In this document: positions 14,899-28,379 of the stretch, one piece after another
Numbering within the stretch: the stretch's first letter is position 1
Layout: each line of letters starts with the position of its first letter
Assembly: GCA_011109175.1 (NCBI GenBank)
Contig: RDEW01000051.1
Location: 180,685 to 244,684, forward strand
Length of the DNA stretch: 64,000 nucleotides
DNA from: Dicyema japonicum
Taxonomy: Eukaryota > Animalia > Dicyemida
Direction: 5' to 3'
Notes under the pieces: generated by a model
What the model saw: only the letters and a program-made list of their open reading frames with translations
What the model was told of the DNA's origin: nothing
The model's database searches: none
Made by a program: the position numbers and the translations under genes

Positions 14899-15404
14899 AC
14901 ATTTGTTTAATTGTTAAAAAATTTTTTGTTTTTAAAAAAAAATCAAATGAATAAAAATTTTTAATACAATTTTTGCTTTAAAATAAATTTATAACGTCCT
15001 AAAAATGCAAAATAAAATCAACTCAGAAAAATCGTGTTAACAGAAAAAATCAGTGACATTTTTTGAAAAATTGAGTGTAGAAATGATTGCATATAAAATT
15101 TATTATAAACTTCACTTATGAAAAAAATCAGAATCGACAATAATAAACAGTTCCAAGCATGCCAAATTAGGCATTAAGAAGCTAAGAAATATAAAAAATA
15201 AAAGAACTCTAAGTACAGATAATAGGTAGTAAAAGAAATTTTTGTGAAATCAGTCGTATAGTTATTAAAGAAGAGCTTAAGAGGCTGTTAAAAATTACAA
15301 TTAACAAAATTGAGATAATGATGGGGAAATGTATAATAAATCCGCATATTAAGATTTTGAAATTTTGAATATATAAAATCAACTGTTAGTAGTTATAAAA
15401 AGAA

Positions 15405-15476
15405 TGACCGGCACGGGATTCGAACCCGTAACCTTCTGATCTGGAGTCAGACGCGCTACCGTTGCGCCAACCAGTC
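15405..15476 (-). tRNA. tRNA-Trp (CCA)
   Basis: 72-nt cloverleaf GACTGGTTGGCGCAACGGTAGCGCGTCTGACTCCAGATCAGAAGGTTACGGGTTCGAATCCCGTGCCGGTCA, with intact stems, CCA anticodon and A/B boxes. Confidence 0.97.
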
Positions 15477-15569
15477 TTTATTTGCTATTTAATACATTTT
15501 AGAATTAACGATTTATTAACAAAATCTTAATCTTAAAATTTTAACTTTATTAGCAAAAAAAATTGTATT

Positions 15570-16790
15570 AACAAAAGAGTTTCTCCCTGCTTTATATACG
15601 TGTCCTGGATCTTTGATCTCCTCCTGAAACCGGTTCTAAGAGCTTGTGCTTGTCCTCGCTTAGACAGTCTTTCAATTTATTGTTTAAGGAGAGCTTAATT
15701 GCAGCTCTCCTAGTCTTCTCTAGGAGGGATAAGATCTTCTTTTTCGGAGATAGGAACCACCCCTCGCACCCATAAAGTAGGCTAGGGAGAATAACCTCCT
15801 TGAAAATAAACAGGTAGGTGTAACTTTCGTGTACATTGGAGCGAGCGAAAGGCTCTCTTTCTCCTCCCCTTTATGTGTCCATATAATCTCCTGTGTCCAT
15901 AGTCGACCCCCAGGTAGCGCAGACTGTGTGCATTGTTTACTCCCAGTGTGTATTCTTGTTTCAGGTGCTTTTTCACATTGCTTATTTGGAGTGCGCAAGA
16001 TCGTCCCTTTTTTAAACATGTTGAAATCTGGCATCAACATACTCTCGGATTCTTCCTTCAGATATAGAAGATTTTAGAGATGTATCCACTTCGATTACTT
16101 CATCCGCATAAAAAGACTAGTATTAATATTCCTCGGACGTGGAAAACTCGCCATGAATATATTAAACAAAATAGGGCTCAATACCGAACCTTGTGGTACT
16201 CCCCTCTTGATTGTCTTTCCTGAAGATAACTTCTTAGCCAAACAAATAGGTATCTTGGCACACATGCTGATACAAGCTGCTTTAACAACACTTCATACAC
16301 TGTCGAATGCTTTCGAGATATCAAGACATAATAAGTCTATTTGCCTCTTGGAATCTTGCTTTCATGATTTCAGAATTCAGTAGAAAGAAACAGTCTCCAC
16401 AGCCTCTTCCGGGACGAAAACTCCACTGCTCCGCATTCTTTTCTATATGTCTGCTTAGCCTTTTGAAAATGATACGTTTAATCACTTTCGCGAAAGAACA
16501 TATCAAGCTCAGAAAGTCATCCGCATAAGAAGACTTCCTATTATAGTGGCGTCATGTGATCCACCTGCCTAGGTGGCGCCCAGTGCCAGGCCGACACGAA
16601 AAAGGATCATTTGCTCTCCCTGACTTCATTGGAGGGGCTTCCACAACTGTAAGTATGGACGTCTTTTATCCATTATTCTGATTCTAGATGGACTCTTTCT
16701 GTGGAAGTGGAAACTGGATACACTCAATTAGTTGCTTACTTTGACTTCCTTCTCGGTGTATCCGGGGTTAATAAATAATAGCTTGCCGGA
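15570..16790 (-). mobile_element. Degenerate RTE-like LINE reverse transcriptase
   Basis: Motifs in order: KVIKRIIFKRL, QWSFRPGRGC, LDISKAFDSV, GVPQGSVLSPILFNIFM, YADEV, LRYLGV, ILPSLLYGCEGW. Several frameshifts. Confidence 0.88.
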
Positions 16791-18015
16791 TCTCTCTTTG
16801 GCTTCCCTGGTTTTGGAATCATCCTCACAATTTAATACATTAATAATTATCTAGATTTATATATTTGTGTTTTATTGAATAACGAATTTAGTTTTTCTCA
16901 AATGCTATCATTTTTGTAACTCAATGCTTTATGTTATTAATTAGTGGGTATTATGCGATTATCGTCAATTCCCCCATCATTTATTATTTCTAGTAAATAA
17001 AAAATAAATTCTAGTTTCAAATTATCATTTGTTTACTTATAATATAATTTTGTACTCGAAATAATCATTTAAGCATTTAATCATTTATTTAATTTTATTT
17101 AAAATACAGAAACTGCCTCGGATCTTGGGTCGAACGCCTGGAAAAGTTGAAGTTGCTTAAGGAGGCCGGGATCAACTGACCGCAGTGTTTCTTTACTAAT
17201 TTGTCAGTAATTTGTCAGTGATTCTTTTTTATTTTTTCAATTCCTAAGAGACGGCATGTGATCACCGTGTCTGGTGGACATTCAAAAAGGATCCCTCTCT
17301 TCCTCACTCAAGTGAGTGATTTCCACAATAGGGGATATATATAGACGTGATGCTTCGAACACGTGGATTATCCATAAGAGCCCTACTTGTTTAAATAGAT
17401 CGAAAGTTACTCCCAAGCAATGACTTAATCCATCTCCGACACAGAAATTTTCAGTCAGACGAATCCCCTACTGAGACTCTAATTAAAGGAGATCAATGAA
17501 AAAGTCAAAGATAGGCGTATATTCAAGTCATATTGAATGACTTTCTGAGTGATTCCTACAGGTTGTTTCAATTAAATTTATTATCCTGTAATATGGTTGA
17601 TCTGAGAAACTAACAACATTTCTCAGTGGGTTTCCAATTACCCTGATCTTCAAACCCATGATAATCACCCAATTAACGGTTTACATGGCGGTCTGGTAAT
17701 TTTCGATAAATCCTAATTTGTGAGCATTTTTTAAGTGAGTGATTTATAATTTTTAACTTTTGTCGTGAGTGATGTCATTCAGGTGCATAATTGATTTTGA
17801 GCATTAAACTGCTAATTTGGGCAATTAGTGTACTAAAACACTGACGATTATCATGAAGTTCTCCGACATTAGGAAGTCCTGCTTAGTCCAATATTATAGC
17901 AGACTCGTCGTTCCAGAATCAGTAGACGGTTACAACAAAGTCATCTTCAAGTTAGAAGAGGCGTTCAAATTGGACAAGTTCTGCAGCACTAAAATTAAAA
18001 AAGGCTAGAAAAAAA

Positions 18016-18178
18016 GTGACGACTTTGGGGAAGTAATGGGAGATAGGCTATTACATGTGACGACACCAGGAAACGGTAATGGGAGAAGCCTATAATTGGC
18101 TTTCAAAATCGACGACTACAGTGAGCAGTAATGGGAGAAGACTATAATTGGCTTAGGATGTGACGACTACAGTGAGCA
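18016..18178. repeat. Tandem ~43-52 bp repeat (gtaatgggaga...attggc...gacgac)
   Basis: gtaatgggaga at 18033, 18076 and 18128; gacgac at the end of each unit. Confidence 0.85.
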
Positions 18179-18494
18179 CTAAAGTCTCTATTTTCATGCA
18201 TAATTAGTGTGTAAAGAGGAATCAATACTTATAAAGTAATACATAATTATCCGTGAGGTCACGAATATTGAAATTGTGATAATGAGACATTCTGATAAAC
18301 AGAACACTACAATGCAGCTAATTAGGGCGATCTCTGTCGTTGTGGTGGTATCATTAGTAGTATTGTTATCAGTTGTCGGTCGCTGTGGTACGCGGTAGCG
18401 GTGAATTGATGTTAGACGTCGCAGACAGGCTGTAAGAATACAAATTACTTCGCATATAAAAATCAGATACGCCGTGGAATTGATAATTCCCTTC

Positions 18495-19396
18495 ATGAAT
18501 AACTTTGACAACTCCGAGATTCCAAAAGATGACAAAAATGGGGACTTTACTATCAAGTCGTTGAATATTTTAACTTCACAAAATTCTGTCCCCCAAAGTT
18601 TTTCGTATCCCTCCACGTTCTTTAATTTGTTTCCTCAAGAAACGATCAATTTCATATATTTCATGAACAACGCCATGTACTGTCTCATGCAACAATTCCG
18701 CGGTCCCCAACACAAGAACTTCAACGGAATCGAAAAAAGTCAAAATCTACAAAATTTTCTTGAAGGATTAGATCATTCGTGTGAGGAAATGGAGTCCAAA
18801 TCAGCCGAGGAGATTGAGAATTTCATGTCTCTGCTAAACCAGTTTGTAGGCGCAAATCATGAATTTCACGATTTTTTACAAAACAGAGACTCCCTGGTTT
18901 ACTTGCGGACTTTGTTGTTGTTCAAACGACAGGAGTACAGTCTGGTTTACGGGATCATTGAAAGTCATCAGTTCGGCAAGGAATTCCACTGCAAAATGCA
19001 ATCTTTGTGGGAAAAGTCAAGATATGCGGAGGCCAGTAGGACACGTGGACGGAATCTTGGTCCTGTCGATAAGTATCGAATTCGAAAAAATATCCGTACC
19101 CCAAAACAATCTGGGACGGGGAACACAGATCCCACTCATTCAAGGACAACATTCGTCATGTCCTGAAGGATAGTTACGCACGTGACTCCTACCCAAGTCC
19201 AACGAAAAAGGCTGAGCTCTCAACTACGACGGGATTGACGGTGATTCAAGTCGGGAACTGGTTCAAGAACAAAAGACAGAGAGACAGGTCCGCGAAAAGG
19301 TAACCTTAAATGTAAACCCCAAGGCTGAAAGAACAGGAAGTAAACAATCAGCACGATACCGCACGTGACGGGGGGTTGAATCACATCATGGAATAA
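18495..19396 (+). CDS. SIX3/6: Six3/6 (optix-class) homeobox transcription factor
   Basis: SIX domain ending [14 protein letters not shown]. After a 1-nt shift in an A-run at ~19085, homeodomain [11 protein letters not shown]...[10 protein letters not shown]...[19 protein letters not shown] and QVGNWFKN indicate the Six3/6 class. 24-nt intron at 19300-19323. Start codon uncertain. Confidence 0.9.
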
Positions 19397-19659
19397 ACGG
19401 ATGGATTATACAATAATCAATTTATAAATTTTAACTTTCTCTGATTATTAGCAGACATGTTTATCGTGTTTCGATTTTATTTAATTAAACTGAATGTATG
19501 TAAAGGACACATGTTGAGATATTGTTTATATTGACTACAACAATTATTGTTTGAATTAGTACTAATTGATTTATTGTATAAATCTAACATCATTAGCCAT
19601 GTACTCTTCTGTGAACTTTTCTTTGTTGTGCGTAGTTCCCGCTGATTGAAAGTCCACTA

Positions 19660-19725
19660 CTGCGGTAACGGAAGAAGGGTATTGGCTTTTAGAAGCGACG
19701 ACTTAAGGAAACAGTAATGGGAGAG
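19660..19725. repeat. Further copies of the gtaatgggaga/attggc/gacgac repeat
   Basis: ggtaacggaagaagggtattggcttttagaagcgacgacttaaggaaacagtaatgggaga aligns with the units at 18.03-18.18 kb. Confidence 0.65.
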
Positions 19726-21659
19726 GGGTGGATCGGCATTCACATTGTACGAACTTTCATTTTGCGTAACTTACTAAAGTCAGTGATACGTCTGACAGAG
19801 GGAGATACTGTCATATCCCCCACGTGGTGTAAATAGTGGCACATTCTGTCGCTGTTCTTTAATGTGAAATTACGGGCGCATGAGTATCTCATGAAATGAT
19901 CTGTCTATAACTTGGGATCCCAGAGGTAACAGAGCGAAGATGAGGAGGCGATTGAGAAAAGTGAAATCAATTTCTTACGATGCACGTGGTTGGAATTCGA
20001 ACTCGGGTTCTTCTGCAAGTTCGAACACGTTAGATGAGACAAAACAATAGAACAACCCTGTAATAAGGCATTAGACATTCTCTAAGAGGACAACATCTCC
20101 AGCTCTACTAGTGTAGACTAGCTGATCACTGGGATATCCAGATATGATTAGTTATGACTGAAGAACCCCACAATGGTAGACTTTCCTATCGTCCTTAACT
20201 ATTCCTTTTTTAGGGAATAGAACCCCCAATCTTTAGTGTGATTTGTGACATTGACTTTCTTCGAAGATCTTCTGCTTCAAATTGGCCATAACCGCTGTTT
20301 CCTCCCAGAGTGGGATAGTAGAGTCGATCGACTAGGCCCTAGCGTTTGAAATTAATCCCCAGGTCCATATTCATAGGAGGGGATCCTGGGGTCGGACAGA
20401 TTTTCCCGAGGAATAAAAAAGATCTAACCTCAAAAAAGAATCAAAGATATCTTTTTCCCGAGTCTCTTGTTAGGCACGAGATTGCCCACGTGGAGGCATT
20501 ATATGATTGTTATGGTCATTTATGTACAACTATTGGCTAAATGCGTTAAAATTTGTTATTTTTTAATATAAAATAATTTGAATTAATAAAAATAAAAGTT
20601 TCTTTTTTGTGATGAGCCTTGCCAAACCACAACTACGAGGGCTTTTGCGGAATACTTTTAAGAAAAGGATGCTGATTTGTCTCTCCGCAGGTGTAATATC
20701 CGGTCTCTTGGTGGTCGAATATGGAAAAGCAAGAACAAGAATAATAAATGAGTATTACAAGTATCTAGCATTGCTCAACCATTAGAAACGTGGATACTGA
20801 TATGATATTTAGGAGAATAAGGGAAGCGGGGGAATATCAGTACGTCAAACCCACTGGACACGACTAACTGACAATTTATATTCTAATTCACTAATTTTCT
20901 AATTTTAGTCAGATTTAATCAAATTGAAACTTAAATACCTTTCTTATTAGTGTGGTCACGTGGTATCTGCTAGTAGCAAGCGTGCTATGTGGTCTTGTTT
21001 TGTGTGGATTTGAGTGGAATGGCTGAGATTTAAGCGAAGAGGCTGGCTTGAGAGTCATTTGCTGAGTGTTAGCGAGAAATCTATATTATCTGCCTTGAAC
21101 TGCTTTTGAGGTAGTTAGCTTGGCCATGGCAGAGTTCCTTTTTGGGAAAGCTATGCTAAATAGAGGCTGGTGGTGCTAGAGCCATAATTGTGGGAGACAC
21201 GTGGTCTTAATTTGATGGTAGATTGAGACTTAATACTTCAAATGATATCAGAAGTATTGACATGTGATAATGACTTGAATGAATATCGATTGTGGAGATA
21301 AGTGATATCTCTAAGATACTTGTCTCTATTCGAAGATGTTATTCGTGGATTACGGAACGTAGAACTAACTCAGTCATCATTAACTGGCAGATCACCATTG
21401 CTCAATATTTGTTAGTATTGATCAGTACAGTTAAGTTTCTTCGTTGAAGGCTAAGTAATGATACAGATTTACTACATTCGATTCTCCCCTCCCCCAACTG
21501 TACCTGGCCCGAAGGTATATACGACTTTGGTTTATCTGCTCCGTACGAATCCATAGAGGTGCAGTCCTTCGGAGATCAGTGTTTCAAGGATGAGGCCATC
21601 AGAGGCCGTCACCCAACTCGGTCGTCCACTATGAGGTCGTCACCCATCTCTGATATCGC

Positions 21660-22616
21660 CCACTTCTCAATAAATAATTATGTGAGGTGAATCATCATTA
21701 AACAAGACATTAAGTCGCAAAGTACAAGATTACGAGATCGAGTTTCACAATTTTGAAACTGTTCGTATTTTTTCCAAGTTTAGACGGATGCTTGCATTGC
21801 AAATGCTGAATAGTCTTGATTGCTTCATTGGACAAAGTAATATTGCATATTAGGCAAAACGGCTTTGTTTCATCGATTGGGCTTAATAACCCAAATGACA
21901 AGAATCTGCAGTGATAATTACGGGCTCATCTCATCACTAAGGAATTTATTCCACGCTTCTTAACAATCTATGGTAGTTCTCTGCAATAATGATTAACAAA
22001 GTAAAACGAGTAAATTACTAATTAAGCAAATTTTAATCCAGATTGCTTGTAATCCCTCTCCTTCTCTTAGAAGAAGAGTGTACCATCAACTCCCTGTTAT
22101 TCCCCATCCCCACATCAGTATCAGTCGAAATATATCTGGAATGTCCTCACGGCATGTCAGTTCTATAAGTTGAGAGGTTTACTCTTCATCAGAAACCTTC
22201 ATCCCGTGTTTTTGTTCAATTAGCAAGCTTTCGAGAGTCCTTTTCAATACAACCGACTGGATGCGAGTTCTCGTTGCTCCTTCAACAATAGTTTTTGTAG
22301 TATTTCGAGACGACTTCAAAAAATGTTAGTTATTTAATTTTTATTTAATTAAATAATAATTTTTAATATTTGTTGCTTCCATTAATACTTTCTCAGTTGC
22401 AATCGTGAGAGGTAACGCAACATCGATAATGTGGGCGGGTTCCACTTTTGATGGTTGATTGTGTTAATTTAATTACATTTTTTAAATTTAAAAAAATTAA
22501 TACTTTAGTTCTTTCTATAAAAATTAAAAAATCAATAATCAAAAATTTTACAGCCCAAATTTAAATCAAACGCCCAAAATAAAAAACCCCACCGCCCAGG
22601 TAGAGAACCTATGCTG
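21660..22616 (-). mobile_element. hAT (Buster/ZBED5-like) transposon remnant
   Basis: KPFCLICNITLSNEAIK...HLQCKHP zinc-finger N-terminus. Terminal cccaccgcccaggtagagaacctatgctg resembles the end at 13.86-13.90 kb. Confidence 0.7.
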
Positions 22617-22826
22617 TAGAAAATCAGGTTCCACGGTGAGGGATAACTCCTCAAACCAAGAGTGGAACCTTCAGCCAGAATGGACAGCAGGAAGATTCAA
22701 ACCCGAAATGGATTTTGTCCACCACCTGACATTCCCCATCTTGACTAAATCCATCAGCAGTGTAAACTCCCACGTGATCCCACCACAGGACATTAACTCC
22801 TAACCAAGACAATAACAAAATAAATA

Positions 22827-24003
22827 TTAATTTTTATCCCCAAGTTTCAATAAATTTAAACCAGTCAGATAGCACGTGTTATATTCCCTCAACAATAACT
22901 TCATAGAGCACAACAATGACAGTTTACATCTCACATTACACGTTTTCTTACTCCCATATTTAAAGAACTCGACATATCTCCCAAAATTGCCAACTACAGC
23001 GGAATATATCATCCGAGCATTGTTACCTTCCACGGAAAACAGGCTTGACTGCCTGTATTCCTCCCAAACCCCCTCATTGGACAGATACAGCTGAGTATAA
23101 TCCACAATTTCATTCAGATTCTCCTCATATGAATATATTCGAACTCCAGGACTCCCAGCAACCCGAGAAAGAGCGGGGGAAGCGTATATAGCCCGATCAA
23201 ATTTGGAAGGATCCGCGAAAATGACGCTGTGGTGAATGTCCGCAGAACACTCCAACTATTTGGGGGTTAAACTCAATCAAAAGCTCCACAAAACGTGAAT
23301 TGAATCGTTCAAGGTTATAAAATCTGGACACGTTTGGCTCATGACCGGGAGGCACGTGGCTGAATATCATAACCTTGTCTCCAATATCCCTGGCTCGCCT
23401 CAAAACTGAGTACAGCCAGTCGAACTGTCCAGCCGGATCTGTTTTATTGACAGCCACGTGGTTTGGGGAAATCCACAAAATTGAATTCAGACCAAGTGCT
23501 ATGAGAGAGCTCGAGAGTCGCTTAGAGTAGTATCCCCCCTTCAAGAATGTGGCCCGTTCCGAATGGGAGTCGACGAATTTCCCCCATTTGCCGGGATTCA
23601 GGTAGTCCCCGTAGAACTTTGAGTCGTCGACGGGGAGCACATTTGAAGGACAGGCATCGTGGTTCCCAAAAACGGGGATAACCGTAGTATTCGGGAAGTA
23701 TTGCCTCAGCAAAGTTGTTATTTGGGAGATCTGAGTCTGCTTTTGTGGTGGAGAGATTGAGCACGCGTTGTAGGAAAGGGAATCACTGGGAATTACAAAT
23801 CAGGGTCACCCAGTCCAGGCATGAATTCGGGACTGTGATATGACCGGATGTAATCAAATGCTGACTTAACTACGCTCAAATCACATTTTCCGTTAGATGA
23901 GCAGTCCACGTGGGTGTCTGTAAACTGAAGGAAGGTCCTAATTGCTAAAATAAGGCATGGAAATACAGGTTTGAGTAGAAAATAGGAGAAACAACGCAAG
24001 CAT
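22827..24003 (-). CDS. Acid sphingomyelinase-like phosphodiesterase (SMPDL3-like metallophosphoesterase)
   Basis: Signal peptide, FTDTHVD, WTGD (after a 1-nt shift and a 24-nt intron at 23786-23809), PVFGNHD, IFSHVPPG, FCGH and PGVRIYSY. Confidence 0.87.
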
Positions 24004-24139
24004 AATAAGTAGGCTTAAATAGGTTTTATTCTATTGATTTAACATTAACGAATGGAATTTTTATTTTTATAATACAATAATTATTATTAAAAAAATAAAT
24101 TAAATTAAAAACTATTTTTGTACGACCTAGTAACTGGCA

Positions 24140-24803
24140 CCGGCAATAATTTAATAACTCTCGCACATGCGGACGAGCAGAGACGAATATGTTTTGACAG
24201 CTACCAAGTTACAACATATGCTCGACTGACATAATTTGTGGTAAAATCTATGTCTACGTCCATGGAGGAATCCTCGACTTCTCTCTTCACGTCAGATAGA
24301 CGAATGACAACCGAGAACGCGCTTCCCCGGTCCATTTGCAGGGAAATGCGCGCAATTGGCCAAATTTTTTTTGTTCTATCGTTTTTCATCTTCGCGATGA
24401 GTGATCCGATTTTGTTTAACAGGGTCAGTAATCTTTATTAATACAATATAATAAAAAGTTAACACAGCGGCCCTGACTGATTTATTTACCACCGTAGCCG
24501 TAATGGCATTCGAAGTGAACAAATCCCATAAGAGAACTAATTATGTTTTTGGAGTAACCTTGGCACACTGATGACTCTCAGAACATGTGTTGAATGTAAT
24601 CAGTGCGTCAGCACGAAAATTGAACTTAGTAAAAAATGATGCTTTCCATCATTCAATTCAACGTCCTTTGTATACCCAGAACATCGAGCCAACCATGGTT
24701 GTGCTGCGTGAGGGAAAAACCTAGCCGGTACAAACATTGAGAAAATTAATTCTACCCAATCCAGATAAAAACCACGTTTCCAAAGGAGAAGTGAAATGAG
24801 CAA
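24140..24803 (-). other. Possible small spliced gene of unknown function
   Basis: Short ORFs downstream of an AT-rich island at 24.85-24.95 kb. No family recognised. Confidence 0.2.
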
Positions 24804-25099
24804 ATTTTATTGATTCTGACTAAGAAAGGATTTGAAAGTATTACCAAATATGCATAGTTTTTTTATTTTTTTATTCTTAAAATTTTATCTTATTTATTAA
24901 TAATTTATAAATAAATAAATTTATCTGTTATTGATTTTAACTTGACGCTTTCGATTTGTAAAGCCAATAAATATGAAAATTTATAATGACTTTATCGACC
25001 CAAAAAGTAATTTTGACGACATTTTGAACTAACGTCATATTATTGACTTATTATTATTAAGGTACTTTCACGAGAGCCCTAATGTCGTCCCCTGTTTTG

Positions 25100-26880
25100 A
25101 CCTTTTTTTACCTGGTTTAGAATCTTGGTTTAAGACAATCGGCAGTGTCGTCTTGGTCGTCCGCGGAGGGGTTTGTCGCAACTGTCAAAGTAATCTTCCA
25201 TTGCTTTGTTAGCGGGTGCGTCTGGGTTCATTCGTAATACATGTTTAAATAGCCTCCACCGGGCATCACATCCTTACTGATTTACGAACACATACACTTG
25301 TAAATACCACTGGTTGATATTCTACGTGGCCACTCCATTCTGAATAAGCTTCTTAGTTGCCCTCTGTGGAGCGAATCCAGTTTCGTTAGTTCGTTGAAAA
25401 ATTCCACAAGTCCCAGCGTTGTTCAGTAGGACTGGTTTCACAAAGGCGTTGTAAAGCCTGCATTACTGACTTATGCAGCCAAATTTCAACGAAAATTTCT
25501 GAGTGGAAACGTAACGGCAAAGTTAGCTGGTTATTTGATGATCTTCCTCATCATTGCGGTCAGCACGTGTCTCCTACCTACTTAGTCGCTTCTCCAGGAT
25601 TTTGTCTCTTACCTACTCAAGGACGTTCTAATTCGGAGAAAGTTGAATACAAGTCATCCCCAAGGTTCACGGGACAAGTTCATGACAAGATGGAAAATGT
25701 GCTGAGGACCAGGACAGCCTCTGAGTCCTGAACAATACGAACACCGCCGATAGAAAAAATGGCCTTTCCTCATCTTAAAGACAACTTTAACGACCACAAC
25801 TCATCCTCTTGGAAATCAAGATAAGTCAGGACCTCAAAGGCAACCTTCAATGATCAACTATGACCTCACCAGTTGGAGAGGATTCAACTAATACATCGAT
25901 ACTTGCACGTGGACAAGTGATTTGTAAAACGTGAGATCGAAGACAAATTTTCTATCCAATGGAGTCCCCCAAGACTCTCTACTCTCATCCGAACCCTTGA
26001 ACACATTATACATTGACCATAACAGTTTCGCTGAGACCGGCCACTCACGTGGTGCAGAAAATACACCCTGACAGCCTTAGCCCCATAACATGGTACCCTG
26101 ATCACTTGTTTGCTTAATTACACCTCAATGTCTTTCCAGCAAAGTCCTCGGTAGTCCACCACGACAACAGTACTATTCTCGCCAGCACCTCATTCGACAT
26201 TCTTGGAGTCACATTTGACCATGAAGTGAGCGTTGCTAGACATGCGGAAAACTGGACAATTCTCAGGATCATTTCAAAAACTTTCCGAGGGATGTCTTTT
26301 TTAATATACCCCAAGTTTATGTGGCCAACCCTTATCTTTATAATCTCCTCATGACCAATAATCATGCTCCATCCTTTCCTACACGAGTTATCACCAATCC
26401 GAAGCCGTCAACAGAGAAAAATTCCTATTCCATGCCTCTTGGAGCTCTTACGAAGATGAAACTCCTAAAGGAACTCAGCCTCTCAAGAAGCCCTTCTATA
26501 AAAATTAACTCAGGTACCTTAAAATTTTCTAAATATATAAACTGACTCCATTCCCAATGATAAAAGCATTACAAGACATCTGTTCCCCCAGATTCAGCAT
26601 CCCCCTTGTCCACAAAAACGCCAAGAATTCGTTAATTCAGAAATCTCTAGTATATGATTCACCCAGAATCCGCAAGATAAGAGGGGAGATGGGGACCACA
26701 TTCGTCATGAGGTTGTGAAGCTTAGTATAAGATAAGAAGGAAGATGAGGGTCATGGGCCCCTTTAAACCTTCTGCTTTAAGGAGGACACGTTGCAATGTA
26801 GGTGAAAGTTCACTGCTCTGAGATGGGGATTAAGTTAAAACCTTCGAGGAAAGAGTATTTTTTCAAGAACACGTGGGCTT
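25100..26880 (-). mobile_element. Heavily decayed LINE RT remnant
   Basis: Degenerate RT-like stretches (VVPISPLILRILGE, VDIFRKF) with many stops. Confidence 0.4.
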
Positions 26881-26997
26881 CACCTCAATAAAAATTACAA
26901 TTTAAAACGTTTAAATCATTACAAAAATTTAAAAGTAAAATTCAAAAATAATTAAATTTCCAAGTCGTCCATAAAGTTGTAATTTCCATAGAAATAC

Positions 26998-28235
26998 ATG
27001 ATTGTGAGGGAGTCGAAAATAACTGAATCCGAGGAAATAAACATTTCAGACAGTGACTCTGAAATTGGTCTCACGTGTGTATATTGTAGACACTCCAGCC
27101 TACGATCATAGCAATCAAGCCAAATACGTCAATTTATGCCGTAAACTGAGTGTTGTGCCGTCCTCACTGTTTATTCGCCTTTTAGACAGCCCAGTGATGA
27201 ATATGGGCTATTACAGTCTCAGTTACAACTCCCTTCGAGCAATGAGCATGACCCTGGCTGTACATTTGTCACTAAAATCAGTCTAACTCACGCGTGACCA
27301 CCCTCAACTTGAGCAGTAACTCCATTGGACCACGTGGTGGGGAGTTAATAATGAAAATGATGACCGAGAATATTTACATAACGAACCTTGTTTTCGTGTA
27401 ATTTGAGACCCAGAACTTGTCGGACAACAGAATGACGGATGACATTGCGCCTTTTCTGAGGAATGTGATCGAGCAGAATGAATACTTGACGGACCTCAAC
27501 CTCTCCGGTAACGAATTGACTGGGAGGACGATGGAGGCCATATCAGAACCCTTGATGGTCTGAGTGAGTATAACGATAGTTCAACCAAAGAATAAAATGT
27601 CTGAATTTGAGTAAAAATAAACTCGACGACGTGGCGGGTCACCATTTGGGGGCAGCCATCAAGGAGAGTTCACTCCTAGAATTGGACATCAGCTGGAACT
27701 CGATCGGGTTCATTGGAATCGACGAGATTGGAAAAGGACTGAAGGTCCGTCGTTTTTGGCATCCTAGAAAAATATGTTTATGAAAAAACTTGATTTATCG
27801 TTCAATAAAATAGCTCCCCCAAACGTCGAGTGTTTGGGGCAGGCGCTGCGGAGGAACAACGTGATCGAGGAGATCTCCATAATGTATGAAATGACGCCAA
27901 TTTAGAAACACTCAGCTGACCGTTGAGTGCGCGAATGTGCTGGCGCCAGCGATAGCCCAGAATGAGTCCTTGAGGATAATCAGAGTGAGTCTGTTTGAAA
28001 ACGTCTAGTTTGGGTCAAATCCAATGGGATCCAAGGGATGCATGATAATCGTCAATGCTGTTGCTAAAAGTACGAAGAGTGGGATCAAATTGATGGACTT
28101 TAAGGTACGGATCCGTGCTAAGTGTAGGGTACCGCATTGATGAAGGAAGACCTGAAAACCATGGAAGAGATCCTCGAAGAAAGGAAGGACATTCAATTTG
28201 AGTACAGAAACAGCAAGAGTACTTATCTTTACTAA
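26998..28235 (+). CDS. LRRC74: Leucine-rich repeat protein LRRC74-like
   Basis: YVNLCRKLSVVPSSLFIRLL...SNSRVTTLNLSSNSIG, RI-like LRRs, ELDISWNSIG and KLDLSFNKI. Eight GT-AG introns of 22-24 nt restore one frame. Confidence 0.85.
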
Positions 28236-28379
28236 ATGTCCTCTAACCTTAACTATAAAAGAACTCATCATTAAGAATATTTAGGATTGCTTTGTGTCCC
28301 CCATTTTCACTGAAGAGTGAGCTTTGCGCTTTTTTTCGCGTCTGCTGTGCATAAGCCTGAATTTGAAGATATCCCTAAT

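Noticed and set aside
17110-17190. SRP RNA (GTTGCTTAAGGAGG resembles the conserved GTTGCCTAAGGAGG)
   Set aside because: No helix 8 GNRA motif or Alu domain nearby. The segment also translates as SWVERLEKLKLL, like a LINE tail.
18016-18178. CRISPR-like array
   Set aside because: Eukaryotic context, no cas genes, and the spacers are homologous to each other, so this is a minisatellite-type repeat.
18194-18616. 140-aa minus-strand ORF and other shadow ORFs (e.g. 30033-30272, 32252-32566, 38059-38400, 44731-45003)
   Set aside because: They lie antisense to or overlap better-supported genes and have no recognisable domains.
19081-19092. Programmed frameshifting or pseudogenisation of Six3/6, with similar shifts in SMPDL3, NAA40, DHRS7B, RNF180 and MFS
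   Set aside because: Most shifts are single-base losses in homopolymers. At DHRS7B (40141, GGG) the amplicon copy (53721, GGGG) restores the frame, which points to long-read indel errors.
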